Shown in pieces: positions 1 through 9,264 of a stretch of 49,244 nucleotides of DNA (positions are counted from its first letter, which is position 1; each line of letters opens with the position of its first letter). The notes beneath the pieces are model-generated. The model was given only the letters and a program-made list of their open reading frames with translations. It searched no databases and was not told the DNA's origin. A program made the position numbers and the translations under genes. Source of the DNA: a virus (lineage: Duplodnaviria; Heunggongvirae; Uroviricota; Caudoviricetes); IMG/VR virus record IMGVR_UViG_2526164598_000014; one strand, written 5' to 3'.

Positions 1-1284
1 TTACTTCTTCGCCTCTGCAACCACTTTACTACCCACGCCGCGGTTATTGTATTCCCACATGCGGTTGTAGTTAGTGTCATTCAGATTGCGCTGTATTTCG
101 TCGTTATCATCTACGCTGCCGGTATTACCCGCAAACGGACGATTAGAGATCACCGCATCGGCCCACGGTTTAGCCGTGTTAAAACCTTCGTTGATGGCGC
201 TATCACGGATCACCACCTGACCGTTGGTATTGGCATCAACATCCAGCGAGCGGCCCAGTTGCGCCACACCATCACCGAAAGCATTGAAACGGCTGTTTAC
301 GGCGAGGAAACCGTAGTAAATGTTGGACAGCGTAGCCGGTGCAAACACATACGCTTCTTGCTGAGTACGTGAGTTCACCACGCGGAATTCGGTGTTATCG
401 AACACCACTGCGCCGCGACCAGAAACGATATCCACATCCCCTTCAATGTAGCTGTTGGTCACCAGCGTACGCGGCTGACGGTTGGTTTCCAGACGGTTCT
501 GCACACCGCTGTTGGTGACAAAGAAGGTGTTCTGACGACCGAGAATGTTAACGTTGTTAATCTGCACCAGGTCACCATCAGTACGCAGTGCCACCGCCGG
601 ATGGTTACCTGCATCTACGCTATCGCCCAGCGTGTTTTCGATGGTCAGATTTTGCAGTTGCAGGCCATTGTTTTGTGACCAGAAGACCGCAGAGCAGAGA
701 ACACCGATACTGTCGCTGCGTTTGCTCTGGCAGCTATCGTACATATACCACGCTGGTTTACCTGGCATATATTTGCCGCGCGGGTTGACGTCGTGACGCC
801 AGTCGGCAGGGCTCATGCCACCATCAAGGGAAAGCCCAATCTTCACATCAATCGGTTTTTCACCTGTACCGTACAGAGTAATTCCACCCGGAGCGGCAGG
901 GACATATACCGTTCCCTGATACTCACCAGGCATCACGGCAATATACTGGCGCTTGTTGGTACGCTTGATAATTGCCGCATCTACCGCCGCCTGAATCGTG
1001 GTATGCGTTACACCTTGAGTGCCCGCCGGGCCGACAACAAAGTCAGGTTGCGCAGGCAGGGTAATCGGGGAAGGATTCCACGCTGCAGCACCTGGTGTCA
1101 GGGATGCAAAATAGTGTTGAGCATCGAAATTCTGCGCTTCTTTTGCCGACAGAATCGGGCGAGAAGAGGTACCAGGCGCGGTTTGATCAGAAGGACGTTG
1201 ATCGGGCGGGGTTGAGCTACAGGCGGTCAGCGTCACGCCAAAAGCCAATGCCAGCGCCAGACGGGAAACTGAAAATGTGTTCAC
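1..1284 (-). CDS. ybhC: YbhC-like outer-membrane lipoprotein (pectinesterase-fold acyl-CoA thioesterase), chromosomal gene flanking attB-lambda
   Basis: 427-aa ORF with lipoprotein signal (LTLTAC lipobox) matching E. coli YbhC as recalled; lies immediately left of the att core. Confidence 0.8.
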   Translation of the reverse strand: MNTFSVSRLALALAFGVTLTACSSTPPDQRPSDQTAPGTSSRPILSAKEAQNFDAQHYFASLTPGAAAWNPSPITLPAQPDFVVGPAGTQGVTHTTIQAAVDAAIIKRTNKRQYIAVMPGEYQGTVYVPAAPGGITLYGTGEKPIDVKIGLSLDGGMSPADWRHDVNPRGKYMPGKPAWYMYDSCQSKRSDSIGVLCSAVFWSQNNGLQLQNLTIENTLGDSVDAGNHPAVALRTDGDLVQINNVNILGRQNTFFVTNSGVQNRLETNRQPRTLVTNSYIEGDVDIVSGRGAVVFDNTEFRVVNSRTQQEAYVFAPATLSNIYYGFLAVNSRFNAFGDGVAQLGRSLDVDANTNGQVVIRDSAINEGFNTAKPWADAVISNRPFAGNTGSVDDNDEIQRNLNDTNYNRMWEYNNRGVGSKVVAEAKK

Positions 1285-1330
1285 AGGTTGCTCCGGGCTA
1301 TGAAATAGAAAAATGAATCCGTTGAAGCCT

Positions 1331-1430
1331 GCTTTTTTATACTAAGTTGGCATTATAAAAAAGCATTGCTTATCAATTTGTTGCAACGAACAGGTCACTA
1401 TCAGTCAAAATAAAATCATTATTTGATTTC
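1331..1430. other. attL: attL: 15-bp lambda att core (1331-1345) plus phage P' arm
   Basis: Exact GCTTTTTTATACTAA core followed by recognisable lambda P' arm sequence (CATTATAAAAAAGCATTGCTTATCAATTTGTTGCAACGAACAGGTCACTATCAGTCAAAATAAAATCATTATTTGATTTC). Confidence 0.9.
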
Positions 1431-2489
1431 AATTTTGTCCCACTCCCTGCCTCTGTCATCACGATACTGTGATGCCATGGTGTCCGACTTATGCCCGAGA
1501 AGATGTTGAGCAAATTTATCGCTTATCTGCTTCTCATAGAGTCTTGCAGACAAACTGCGCAACTCGTGAAAGGTTGGCGGATCCCCTTCGAAGGAGAGAC
1601 CTGATGCTTTTCGTGCGCGCATAAAATACCTTGATACTGTGCCGGATGAAAGCGGTTCACGACGAGTAGATGCAATTATGGTTTCTCCGCCAAGAATCTT
1701 TTTGCATTTATCAAGTGTTTCCTTCATTGATATCCCGAGAGCATCAACATGCAATGTTGTTGGGATGGCAATTTTTACGCCTGTTTTGCTTTGCTCGACA
1801 TAAAGATATCCATCTACGATATCAGACCACTTCATTTCGCATAAATCACCAACTCGCTGCCCGGTAACAACAGCCAGTTCCATTGCAAGTCTAAGCCAAC
1901 ATGGTGATGATTCTGCTGCTTGATAAATTTTCAGGTATTCGTCAGCCGTAAGTCTTGATCTCCTTACCTCTGATTTTGCAGCGCGAGTGGCTGCGACCGG
2001 GTTTGTTGTTATATGGCCTTCAGCCATAGCCTCTCGGAATGCATCGCTCAGTGTTGATCTGATTAACTTGGCTGATGCCGCCTTTCCCTCGTCTATGTAT
2101 CCATTGAGCATTGCCGCAATTTCTTTTGTGGTGATGTCTTCAAGTGGAGCATCAGGCAGACCCCTCCTTATTGCTTTAATTTTGCTCATGTAATTTATGA
2201 GTGTCTTCTGCTTGATTCCTCTGCTGGCCAGGATTTTTTCGTAGCGATCAAGCCATGAATGTAACGTAACGGAATTATCACTGTTGATTCTCGCTGTCAG
2301 AGGCTTGTGTTTGTGTCCTGAAAATAACTCAATGTTGGCCTGTATAGCTTCAGTGATTGCGATTCGCCTGTCTCGGCCTAATCCAAACTCTTTACCCGTC
2401 CTTGGGTCCCTGTAGCAGTAATATCCATTGTTTCTTATATAAAGGTTAGGGGGTAAATCCCGGCGCTCATGACTTCGCCTTCTTCCCAT
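1419..2489 (-). CDS. int: Lambda integrase (tyrosine recombinase)
   Basis: 356-aa ORF matching lambda Int over full length as recalled (MGRRRSHERRDLPPNLYIRNNGYY...). Confidence 0.97.
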   Translation of the reverse strand: MGRRRSHERRDLPPNLYIRNNGYYCYRDPRTGKEFGLGRDRRIAITEAIQANIELFSGHKHKPLTARINSDNSVTLHSWLDRYEKILASRGIKQKTLINYMSKIKAIRRGLPDAPLEDITTKEIAAMLNGYIDEGKAASAKLIRSTLSDAFREAMAEGHITTNPVAATRAAKSEVRRSRLTADEYLKIYQAAESSPCWLRLAMELAVVTGQRVGDLCEMKWSDIVDGYLYVEQSKTGVKIAIPTTLHVDALGISMKETLDKCKKILGGETIIASTRREPLSSGTVSRYFMRARKASGLSFEGDPPTFHELRSLSARLYEKQISDKFAQHLLGHKSDTMASQYRDDRGREWDKIEIK

Positions 2490-2685
2490 TTCTGATCCTC
2501 TTCAAAAGGCTACCTGTTATTGGTCGATTTAAGTCAACCTTTACCGCTGATTCGTGGAACAGATATTCTCTTCCATCCTTAACCGGAGGAGGGAATATCT
2601 TGCATTCGCGCACCCATCGACGAACTGTTTCAAGGCTTCTTGGGCGTCGCTGGCGAGCGTTCCACTCCTGAAGTGTCAAGTACAT
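2467..2685 (-). CDS. xis: Lambda excisionase
   Basis: 72-aa ORF matching lambda Xis (MYLTLQEWNARQRRPRSLETVRRWVRECKIFPPPVKDGREYLFHESAVKVDLNRP...); overlaps int start. Confidence 0.95.
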   Translation of the reverse strand: MYLTLQEWNARQRRPRSLETVRRWVRECKIFPPPVKDGREYLFHESAVKVDLNRPITGSLLKRIRNGKKAKS

Positions 2686-2724
2686 CGCAAAGTCTCCGCA
2701 ATTACACGCAAGAAAAAACCGCCA

Positions 2725-2892
2725 TCAGGCGGCTTGGTGTTCTTTCAGTTCTTCAATTCGAATATTGGTTATGTCTGCATGTGCTATCTGCGCCCATATC
2801 ATCCAGTGGTCATAGCAGTCATTGATGTTCTCTGCTTCGATAACTCTGTTGAATGGTTCTCCATTCCATTCACCTGTGACTCGGAAGTGCAT
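2725..2892 (-). CDS. Small hypothetical protein (55 aa, MHFRVTGEWNGEPFNRVIEAENINDCYDHWMIWAQIAHADITNIRIEELKEHQAA)
   Basis: ATG-initiated ORF below the 60-aa cutoff of the ORF track, co-oriented with xis in the leftward operon; hand-translated from the reverse strand. Confidence 0.3.
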   Translation of the reverse strand: MHFRVTGEWNGEPFNRVIEAENINDCYDHWMIWAQIAHADITNIRIEELKEHQAA

Positions 2893-2974
2893 TTATCATC
2901 TCCATAAAACAAAACTCGCCGTAGCGAGTTCAGATATAATTTCCACCAAAGGCAGTAGTTGCTGATGCTAAGAA

Positions 2975-3403
2975 TTATTCAATATCTATTCCTGTAATAT
3001 CTTTTATCTTTTTCCTTGCAAAGCCTTTTGCTAGTGATTTTGAAACACTTATTAGTGTACTAATTCCCTCATCCTTAAAGTTTGTTTTTATAGTTTGCCA
3101 GACCTCCTTTTGACGCAAGTCAGCAATAAAATCATGCCCTCTTGCTGTCAACCTCAGTGGTACTTCGATCCAACTATATCCAACACCTTCCCCTAACTCG
3201 TTGGACATTATATGACCGAACCCAGGTTTTCCATCAACCCTGACTATTAATTCGTAGTCGCATAATAATCGCATATGGAAAATAAAATTTTGGTCATATC
3301 TATTAAAGCCATTATCCTCTAGTTCACTAAGCATCGTGTCAGGGCCATGAGTTTTTTCGAATGCGATAAGTAGATCTTTTAGATATTGCTGGTCTAATTT
3401 CAT
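2975..3403 (-). CDS. Hypothetical protein, 142 aa, AT-rich cargo gene
   Basis: ATG-initiated ORF (cat at 3401-3403) in AT-rich segment between xis and the ea/red region; no recognisable motif. Confidence 0.55.
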   Translation of the reverse strand: MKLDQQYLKDLLIAFEKTHGPDTMLSELEDNGFNRYDQNFIFHMRLLCDYELIVRVDGKPGFGHIMSNELGEGVGYSWIEVPLRLTARGHDFIADLRQKEVWQTIKTNFKDEGISTLISVSKSLAKGFARKKIKDITGIDIE

Positions 3404-3431
3404 TGCCGCCTCCGTGACATGTCACAGAGAT

Positions 3432-3770
3432 TTATATCATTAATTTTGTTTCGTGCCAGCCTTTGGTCACCCAGCATTGTGAGTCACCATTACACGGGCA
3501 TGAATTAACAGGAACTCTCTCGCCGCACTTACCGCAACGTTTTCTGCTGATCGATTTTATACGCCAGCGCACACGTGCATCATCCTGGCGGCTCAGTAAC
3601 GCGATGTACTCACCAAACTCGTAAGGCGCATGCCTGAAGCGGCGCGTGGCTCAGTTACGATCCAGCATTTCAATTTCCTGAGCATCAAGTACAAGCTCCA
3701 GCTTACGCATACCGGATGATGCTTGCTTGGCTCTCTGATCGACTTTGCGCTCTGCTGATGATTTAGCCAT
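3432..3770 (-). pseudogene. Zinc-ribbon-like ORF interrupted by an in-frame TGA (codon 40 of 112)
   Basis: ATG at 3768-3770, 39 codons, in-frame TGA at 3651-3653, then 72 further codons in the same frame ending TAA 3432-3434; C-terminal part has CGKCG...CPCN...C cysteine pattern. Confidence 0.4.
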
Positions 3771-3966
3771 TCTGCTTTTCCTGCATTAGGAGAAAGACAA
3801 TCATGGCGGCGCGGATACTTCCGGTATCTTTTTACTCGATATTACCCTTCAATGGCACATACAAGAAGAGAGCCATCAACAGGAGTGAGTGAGGAATCGA
3901 CAACCAGCAACGCTTAATTATCTATAGTGTCGTATTTGCTTCATAAAATATGGCGAATAACACAAA

Positions 3967-3996
3967 GCCCGCAGCAGCTCATTGTGCGGGCTTTTC
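3967..3996. terminator. Hairpin GCCCGCA-N11-TGCGGGC followed by TTTTCTT; putative intrinsic terminator
   Basis: Stem-loop 3967-3991 plus T-run read directly from sequence; lies downstream of the 204-aa gene. Confidence 0.4.
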
Positions 3997-4063
3997 TTAT
4001 ACATACTTCCTAGAGATAATTCTATGGAGGCATTAAATTAATACTGTCATTGGTAATATCATA

Positions 4064-4678
4064 TTATCTAAAAGTCTTTCCACTTTTAACGTCTAGGTAT
4101 ATTCTGTTCGACAACGTCATTCCTCCGCAATATGTGAAATAGATGTTTTTCCCCTTATTGCTTGATGCCATCCACCCTCCGATTTCCTTAAAGTCGCTTT
4201 CCGTGCAGACCCCTTCGTTTATTAACTTCCTAGCTGCCGAAGAAAACTCTTTTTTGTATATACGGTAGTCATCAGATCCTTTGATTAAAGTATCATCTCC
4301 GCTCGCATTTTCAGCAGGATCTGATGGCCTTTCACTGCTAAGATCACTAAGTTTAACCCATTCTGAAAACTTGCCATTGACGATTCCGTTTTTTCTTGTG
4401 CAGGATTTATTACCTTCTTTAATATATTCGCTTTCCCCTCCCACACATGAGGCTGAATATGGCTCAGTTATACGAACCCATTCACCTTTTTTTTCTAGAA
4501 AATCTACGCCTTCCCTGAAAAATAGTTTCCCAGCCACTCCGCATTTACTTGAAGGGCAGGTATGTCTTTCCGTTCGATCAACAACAACCCAAAGTCTTGA
4601 TTCATTTTTTGCCATTGCCGATGGTATTTGAGATGAGACAATTAACGTAAGCCCTAAAATTAGTATTGATTTTTTCAT
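4064..4678 (-). CDS. Secreted hypothetical protein, 204 aa, Sec signal peptide, multiple Cys
   Basis: N-terminus MKKSILILGLTLIVSSQIPSAMA is a typical signal peptide; mature part has 8 cysteines; AT-rich context. Confidence 0.6.
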   Translation of the reverse strand: MKKSILILGLTLIVSSQIPSAMAKNESRLWVVVDRTERHTCPSSKCGVAGKLFFREGVDFLEKKGEWVRITEPYSASCVGGESEYIKEGNKSCTRKNGIVNGKFSEWVKLSDLSSERPSDPAENASGDDTLIKGSDDYRIYKKEFSSAARKLINEGVCTESDFKEIGGWMASSNKGKNIYFTYCGGMTLSNRIYLDVKSGKTFR

Positions 4679-4976
4679 TGTAATTTCCTTTTACTTTTTA
4701 CAAAGCGTTTAATCATGGCTGATTATCTTTAAGCGTAGTAACAGCCTTGTGCGAAACATGTTACCAAATCGCCATTTCAGTGTATCCGCAGTTAGGCTGC
4801 CACTTCAAGGATTCCTAATTACATGGTACGTAAGCGTAAAATCCCGTTGGTTGTCGGGTAATAACTCTGATCAAATCTCCCTTGTCTTTTGCTCTTACGT
4901 ATGCAGCTCTTGTGTATTCAACCCAGGCCTCCAGTTCAGCAATACGCTTACTTCCATCCGAGATAACACCTTCTAC

Positions 4977-5228
4977 TCACGCTGCTCGTTGAGTTTTGAT
5001 TTTTGCTGTCTCCAGCTCAACACGCAGTTTCCTCACCGTTAGCGCAATATCCTCGTTCTCCTGGTCGCGGCGTTTGATGTACTGCTGGTTTCTTTCCCGT
5101 TCATCCAGCAGTGTCAGCACAATCGATGGTGTTACCAGCTCATGGAAAAGGTCCGCGTCAAATCCCCAGTTGTCATGCATTGCCTGCTCTGCCGCTTCAC
5201 GCAGTGCCTGAGAGTGAATTACGCTCAC
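4977..5228 (-). CDS. Hypothetical early-left (ea region) protein, 83 aa
   Basis: ORF in leftward pL operon, 4-nt overlap with upstream TraR-like gene. Confidence 0.55.
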   Translation of the reverse strand: MSVIHSQALREAAEQAMHDNWGFDADLFHELVTPSIVLTLLDERERNQQYIKRRDQENEDIALTVRKLRVELETAKIKTQRAA

Positions 5229-5446
5229 TTCGAACCTCTCTGTTTACTGATAAGTTCCAGATCCTCCTGGCAACTTGCACAAGTCCGACAACCCTGAACG
5301 GCCAGGCGTCTTCGTTCATCTATCGGATCGCCACACTCACAACAATGAGTGGCAGATATAGCCTGGTGGTTCAGGCGGCGCATTTTTATTGCTGTGTTGC
5401 GCTGTAATTCTTCAATTTCTGATGCTGAATCAATGATGTCTGCCAT
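5225..5446 (-). CDS. TraR/DksA-family C4 zinc-finger protein, 73 aa
   Basis: CxxC-N17-CxxC pattern (CCECGDPIDERRRLAVQGCRTCASC) typical of the phage TraR/DksA family. Confidence 0.7.
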   Translation of the reverse strand: MADIIDSASEIEELQRNTAIKMRRLNHQAISATHCCECGDPIDERRRLAVQGCRTCASCQEDLELISKQRGSK

Positions 5447-5544
5447 CTTTCATTAATCCCTGAATTGTTGGTTAATACGCTTGAGGGTGAATGCGAATAA
5501 TAAAAAAGGAGCCTGTAGCTCCCTGATGATTTTGCTTTTCATGT

Positions 5545-5760
5545 TCACCGTTCCTTAAAAACGCCGTTTAACATGCCGATTGCTAGGCTTAAATGAGTCG
5601 GTGTGAATCCCATCAGCGTTACCGTTTCGCGGTGCTTCTTCAGTACGCTACGGCAAATGTCATCGACGTTTTTATCCGGAAACTGCTGTCTGGCTTTTTT
5701 GATTTCAGAATTAGCCTGACGGGCAATGCTGCGAAGGGCGTTTTCCTGCTGAGGTGTCAC
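5545..5760 (-). CDS. Hypothetical protein, about 71 aa from GTG start (ORF track gives 5545-5826)
   Basis: GTG at 5758-5760 overlaps the TGA of the upstream 27-codon ORF (GTGA); the longer 93-aa reading from 5826 overlaps that ORF out of frame. Confidence 0.4.
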   Translation of the reverse strand: MTPQQENALRSIARQANSEIKKARQQFPDKNVDDICRSVLKKHRETVTLMGFTPTHLSLAIGMLNGVFKER

Positions 5761-5840
5761 TGAACAAGCCCCATGTCGGCAAGCATAAGCACACAGAATA
5801 TGAAGCCCGCTGCCAGAAAAATGCATTCAGTGGTTGTCAT
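5757..5840 (-). CDS. Small hydrophobic peptide, 27 aa (MTTTECIFLAAGFIFCVLMLADMGLVQ)
   Basis: ATG at 5838-5840 overlaps stop of upstream 63-aa gene (ATGA), stop overlaps GTG of downstream ORF; single predicted TM helix. Confidence 0.3.
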   Translation of the reverse strand: MTTTECIFLAAGFIFCVLMLADMGLVQ

Positions 5841-6028
5841 ACCTGGTCTCTCTCATCTGCTTCTGCTTTCGCCACCATCATTTCCAGTTTTTGTGAAAGG
5901 GATGTGGCTAACGTATGAAATTCTTCGTCTGTTTCTACTGGTATTGGCACAAACCTGATTCCAATTTGAGCAAGGCTATGTGCCATCTCGATACTCGTTC
6001 TTAACTCAACAGGAGATGCTTTGTGCAT
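5837..6028 (-). CDS. Small early-left protein, 63 aa (lambda orf63-like by position)
   Basis: ORF directly downstream of exo side in pL operon; assignment by position and size only. Confidence 0.5.
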   Translation of the reverse strand: MHKASPVELRTSIEMAHSLAQIGIRFVPIPVETDEEFHTLATSLSQKLEMMVAKAEADERDQV

Positions 6029-6189
6029 ACAGCCCCTCGTTTATTATTTATCTCCTCAGCCAGCCGCTGTGCTTTCAGTGGATTTCGGATAACAGAAAGG
6101 CCGGGAAATACCCAGCCTCGCTTTGTAACGGAGTAGACGAAAGTGATTGCGCCTACCCGGATATTATCGTGAGGATGCGTCATCGCCAT
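6001..6189 (-). CDS. Small early-left protein, 62 aa (lambda orf60a-like by position)
   Basis: ORF immediately downstream of exo, overlapping its stop; assignment by position and size only. Confidence 0.5.
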   Translation of the reverse strand: MAMTHPHDNIRVGAITFVYSVTKRGWVFPGLSVIRNPLKAQRLAEEINNKRGAVCTKHLLLS

Positions 6190-6860
6190 TGCTCCCCAAA
6201 TACAAAACCAATTTCAGCCAGTGCCTCGTCCATTTTTTCGATGAACTCCGGCACCATCTCGTCAAAACTCGCCATGTACTTTTCATCCCGCTCAACCACG
6301 ACATAATGCAGTCCTTCACGCTTCATACGCGGGTCATAGTTGGCAAAGTACCAGGCATCTTTACGTGTCACCCACATGCTGTACTGCACCTGGGCCATGT
6401 AAGCCGACTTTATGGCCTCGAAACCACCGAGCCGGAACTTCATGAAATCCCGGGAGGTAAACGGGCATTTCAGCTCAAGGCCATTGCCGTCACTGCATAA
6501 ACCATCGGGAGAGCAGGCGGTGCGCATACTTTCGTCGCGATAGATGATCGGGGATTCAGTAACATTCACGCCGGAAGTGAATTCAAACAGGGTTCTGGCG
6601 TCGTTCTCGTACTGTTTTCCCCAGGCCAGCGCCTTAGCATTAACTTCCGGAGCCACACCGGTGCAAACCTCAGCCAGCAGGGTGTGGAAGTAGGACATTT
6701 TCATGTCAGGCCACTTCTTTCCTGAGCGGGGCTTTGCTATCACGTTGTGAACTTCTGAAGCGGTGATGACGCCGAGCCGTAATTTGTGCCATGCATCATC
6801 CCCCTGTTCGACAGCTCTCACGTCGATCCCGGTACGCTGCAGGATAATGTCCGGTGTCAT
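6180..6860 (-). CDS. exo: Lambda exonuclease (Red alpha)
   Basis: 226-aa ORF matching lambda Exo as recalled. Confidence 0.96.
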   Translation of the reverse strand: MTPDIILQRTGIDVRAVEQGDDAWHKLRLGVITASEVHNVIAKPRSGKKWPDMKMSYFHTLLAEVCTGVAPEVNAKALAWGKQYENDARTLFEFTSGVNVTESPIIYRDESMRTACSPDGLCSDGNGLELKCPFTSRDFMKFRLGGFEAIKSAYMAQVQYSMWVTRKDAWYFANYDPRMKREGLHYVVVERDEKYMASFDEMVPEFIEKMDEALAEIGFVFGEQWR

Positions 6861-7642
6861 GCTGCCACCTTCTGCTCAGTGGCTTTCTGTTTCAGGAATC
6901 CGAGAGCTTTCACTGCTTCGACCTGTGTCAGTTCTGACGATGCGCGAATGTCGCGGCGAAATATCTGGGAACAGAGCGGCAATAAGTCGTCATCCCATGT
7001 TTTATCCAGGGCAATCAGCAGAGTGTTAATCTCCTGCATGGTTTCATCGTTAACCGGAGTGATGTCGCGTTCCGGCTGACGTTCTGCAGTGTATGCGGTA
7101 TTTTCGACAATGCGCTCGGCTTCATCCTTGTCATAGATACCAGCAAATCCGAAGGCCAGACGGGCACACTGAATCATGGCTTTATGACGTAACATCCGTT
7201 TGGGATGCGACTGCCACGGCCCCGTGATTTCTCTGCCTTCGCGGGTTTTGAATGGTTCGCGGCGGCATTCATCCATCCACTCGGTAACGCAGATCGGATG
7301 ATTACGGTCCTTGCGGTAAATCCGGCATGTGCAGGATTCATTGTCCTGCTCAAAGTCCATGCCATCAAACTGCTGGTTTTCATTGATGATACGGGACCAG
7401 CCATCAACGCCCACCACCGGAACGATGCCGTTCTGCTTGTCAGGGAAGGCGTAAATTTCTTTCGTCCACGGATTAAGGCCGTACTGGTTGGCGACGATCA
7501 ACAATGCGATGAACTGCGCATCGCTGGCATCGCCTTTAAATGCCGTCTGGCGAAGAGTGGTGATCAGTTCCTGTGGGTCGACAGAATCCATGCCGACACG
7601 TTCAGCCAGCTTCCCAGCCAGCGTTGCGAGTGCTGTACTCAT
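6857..7642 (-). CDS. bet: Lambda Bet single-strand annealing protein (Red beta)
   Basis: 261-aa ORF matching lambda Bet as recalled ([48 protein letters not shown]...). Confidence 0.96.
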   Translation of the reverse strand: MSTALATLAGKLAERVGMDSVDPQELITTLRQTAFKGDASDAQFIALLIVANQYGLNPWTKEIYAFPDKQNGIVPVVGVDGWSRIINENQQFDGMDFEQDNESCTCRIYRKDRNHPICVTEWMDECRREPFKTREGREITGPWQSHPKRMLRHKAMIQCARLAFGFAGIYDKDEAERIVENTAYTAERQPERDITPVNDETMQEINTLLIALDKTWDDDLLPLCSQIFRRDIRASSELTQVEAVKALGFLKQKATEQKVAA

Positions 7643-7647
7643 CCGTT

Positions 7648-8064
7648 TTATACCTCTGAATCAATATCAACCTGATGGTGAGCAATGGTTTCAACCATGT
7701 ACCGGATGTGTTCTGCCATGCGCTCCTGAAACTCAACATCGTCATCAAACGCACGGGTAATGGCTTTTTTGCTGGCCCCGTGGCGTTGCAAATGATCGAT
7801 GCATAGCGATTCAAACAGGTGCTGGGGCAGGCCTTTTTCCATGTCGTCTGCCAGTTCTGCCTCTTTCTCTTCACGGGCGATCTGCTGGTAGTGACGCGCC
7901 CAGCTCTGAGCCTCAAGACGATCCTGAATGTAATAAGCGTTCATGGCTGAACTCCTGAAATAGCTGTGAAAATATCGCCCGCGAAATGCCAGGCTGATTA
8001 GGAAAACAGGAAAGGGGGTTAGTGAATGCTTTTGCTTGATCTCAGTTTCAGCATTAATATCCAT
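7648..8064 (-). CDS. gam: Lambda Gam RecBCD inhibitor
   Basis: 138-aa ORF matching lambda Gam as recalled. Confidence 0.95.
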   Translation of the reverse strand: MDINAETEIKQKHSLTPFPVFLISLAFRGRYFHSYFRSSAMNAYYIQDRLEAQSWARHYQQIAREEKEAELADDMEKGLPQHLFESLCIDHLQRHGASKKAITRAFDDDVEFQERMAEHIRYMVETIAHHQVDIDSEV

Positions 8065-8162
8065 TTTTTATAAGCGTCGACGGCTTCACGAAACATCTTT
8101 TCATCGCCAATAAAAGTGGCGATAGTGAATTTAGTCTGGATAGCCATAAGTGTTTGATCCAT
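8019..8162 (-). CDS. kil: Lambda Kil host division inhibitor (47 aa)
   Basis: Internal ATG at 8160-8162 gives [47 protein letters not shown] matching lambda Kil. Confidence 0.85.
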   Translation of the reverse strand: MDQTLMAIQTKFTIATFIGDEKMFREAVDAYKKWILMLKLRSSKSIH

Positions 8163-8295
8163 TCTTTGGGACTCCTGGCTGATTAAGTATGTCGATAAGG
8201 CGTTTCCATCCGTCACGTAATTTACGGGTGATTCGTTCAAGTAAAGATTCGGAAGGGCAGCCAGCAACAGGCCACCCTGCAATGGCATATTGCAT
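8131..8295 (-). CDS. cIII: Lambda CIII (FtsH inhibitor, 54 aa)
   Basis: Hand translation from ATG 8293-8295: [54 protein letters not shown]; below ORF-track size cutoff. Confidence 0.9.
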   Translation of the reverse strand: MQYAIAGWPVAGCPSESLLERITRKLRDGWKRLIDILNQPGVPKNGSNTYGYPD

Positions 8296-8367
8296 GGTGT
8301 GCTCCTTATTTATACATAACGAAAAACGCCTCGAGTGAAGCGTTATTGGTATGCGGTAACGCAGCGC

Positions 8368-8736
8368 TCAGGCGGCTTTGATAGTCATATCATCTGAATC
8401 AAATATTCCTGATGTATCGATATCGGTAATTCTTATTCCTTCGCTACCATCCATTGGAGGCCATCCTTCCTGACCATTTCCATCATTCCAGTCGAACTCA
8501 CACACAACACCATATGCATTTAAGTCGCTTGAAATTGCTATAAGCAGAGCATGTTGCGCCAGCATGATTAATACAGCATTTAATACAGAGCCGTGTTTAT
8601 TGAGTCGGTATTCAGAGTCTGACCAGAAATTATTAATCTGGTGAAGTTTTTCCTCTGTCATCACGTCATGGTCAATTTCAATTTCTATTGATGCTTTCCA
8701 GTCGTAATCAATGATGTATTTTTTGATGTTTGACAT
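8368..8736 (-). CDS. ea10: Lambda Ea10 (Ssb-like early protein)
   Basis: 122-aa ORF in lambda position between cIII and ral; matches lambda Ea10 as recalled. Confidence 0.85.
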   Translation of the reverse strand: MSNIKKYIIDYDWKASIEIEIDHDVMTEEKLHQINNFWSDSEYRLNKHGSVLNAVLIMLAQHALLIAISSDLNAYGVVCEFDWNDGNGQEGWPPMDGSEGIRITDIDTSGIFDSDDMTIKAA

Positions 8737-8918
8737 CTATTCATATCCTCATAGATAAAAAATCGCCCTCACATTGGAGGGCAAAGAAGATTTCCAATAA
8801 TCAGAACAAGTCGGCTCCTGTTTAGTTACGAGCGACATTGCTCCGTGTATTCACTCGTTGGAATGAATACACAGTGCAGTGTTTATTCTGTTATTTATGC
8901 CAAAAATAAAGGCCACTA

Positions 8919-9119
8919 TCAGGCAGCTTTGTTGTTCTGTTTACCAAGTTCTCTGGCAATCATTGCCGTCGTTCGTATTGCCCATTTATCGACATATTTC
9001 CCATCTTCCATTACAGGAAACATTTCTTCAGGCTTAACCATGCATTCCGATTGCAGCTTGCATCCATTGCATCGCTTGAATTGTCCACACCATTGATTTT
9101 TATCAATAGTCGTAGTCAT
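8919..9119 (-). CDS. ral: Lambda Ral restriction alleviation protein
   Basis: 66-aa ORF matching lambda Ral (MTTTIDKNQWCGQFKRCNGCKLQSECMVKPEEMF...). Confidence 0.95.
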   Translation of the reverse strand: MTTTIDKNQWCGQFKRCNGCKLQSECMVKPEEMFPVMEDGKYVDKWAIRTTAMIARELGKQNNKAA

Positions 9120-9264
9120 ACGGATAGTCCTGGTATTGTTCCATCACATCCTGAGCATGCTCTTCGAACTCTTTAGACTGGCCCCCTGAATCTCCAGACA
9201 ACCAATATCACTTAAATAAGTGATAGTCTTAATACTAGTTTTTAGACTAGTCATTGGAGAGCAG

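Noticed and set aside
545-1316. Four plus-strand ORFs (66-140 aa) overlapping ybhC
   Set aside because: All lie antisense within a well-supported 427-aa gene, have Arg/Cys-rich low-complexity translations and no ribosome-binding sites; typical antisense artefacts.
2554-2907. 117-aa plus-strand ORF after xis
   Set aside because: Antisense to xis and to the co-oriented 55-aa reverse-strand ORF; the ORF tool accepts non-ATG starts, and the sense-strand reading fits the leftward operon better.
8845-9096. 83-aa plus-strand ORF overlapping ral
   Set aside because: Antisense to lambda ral, which is matched over its full length; no independent support.
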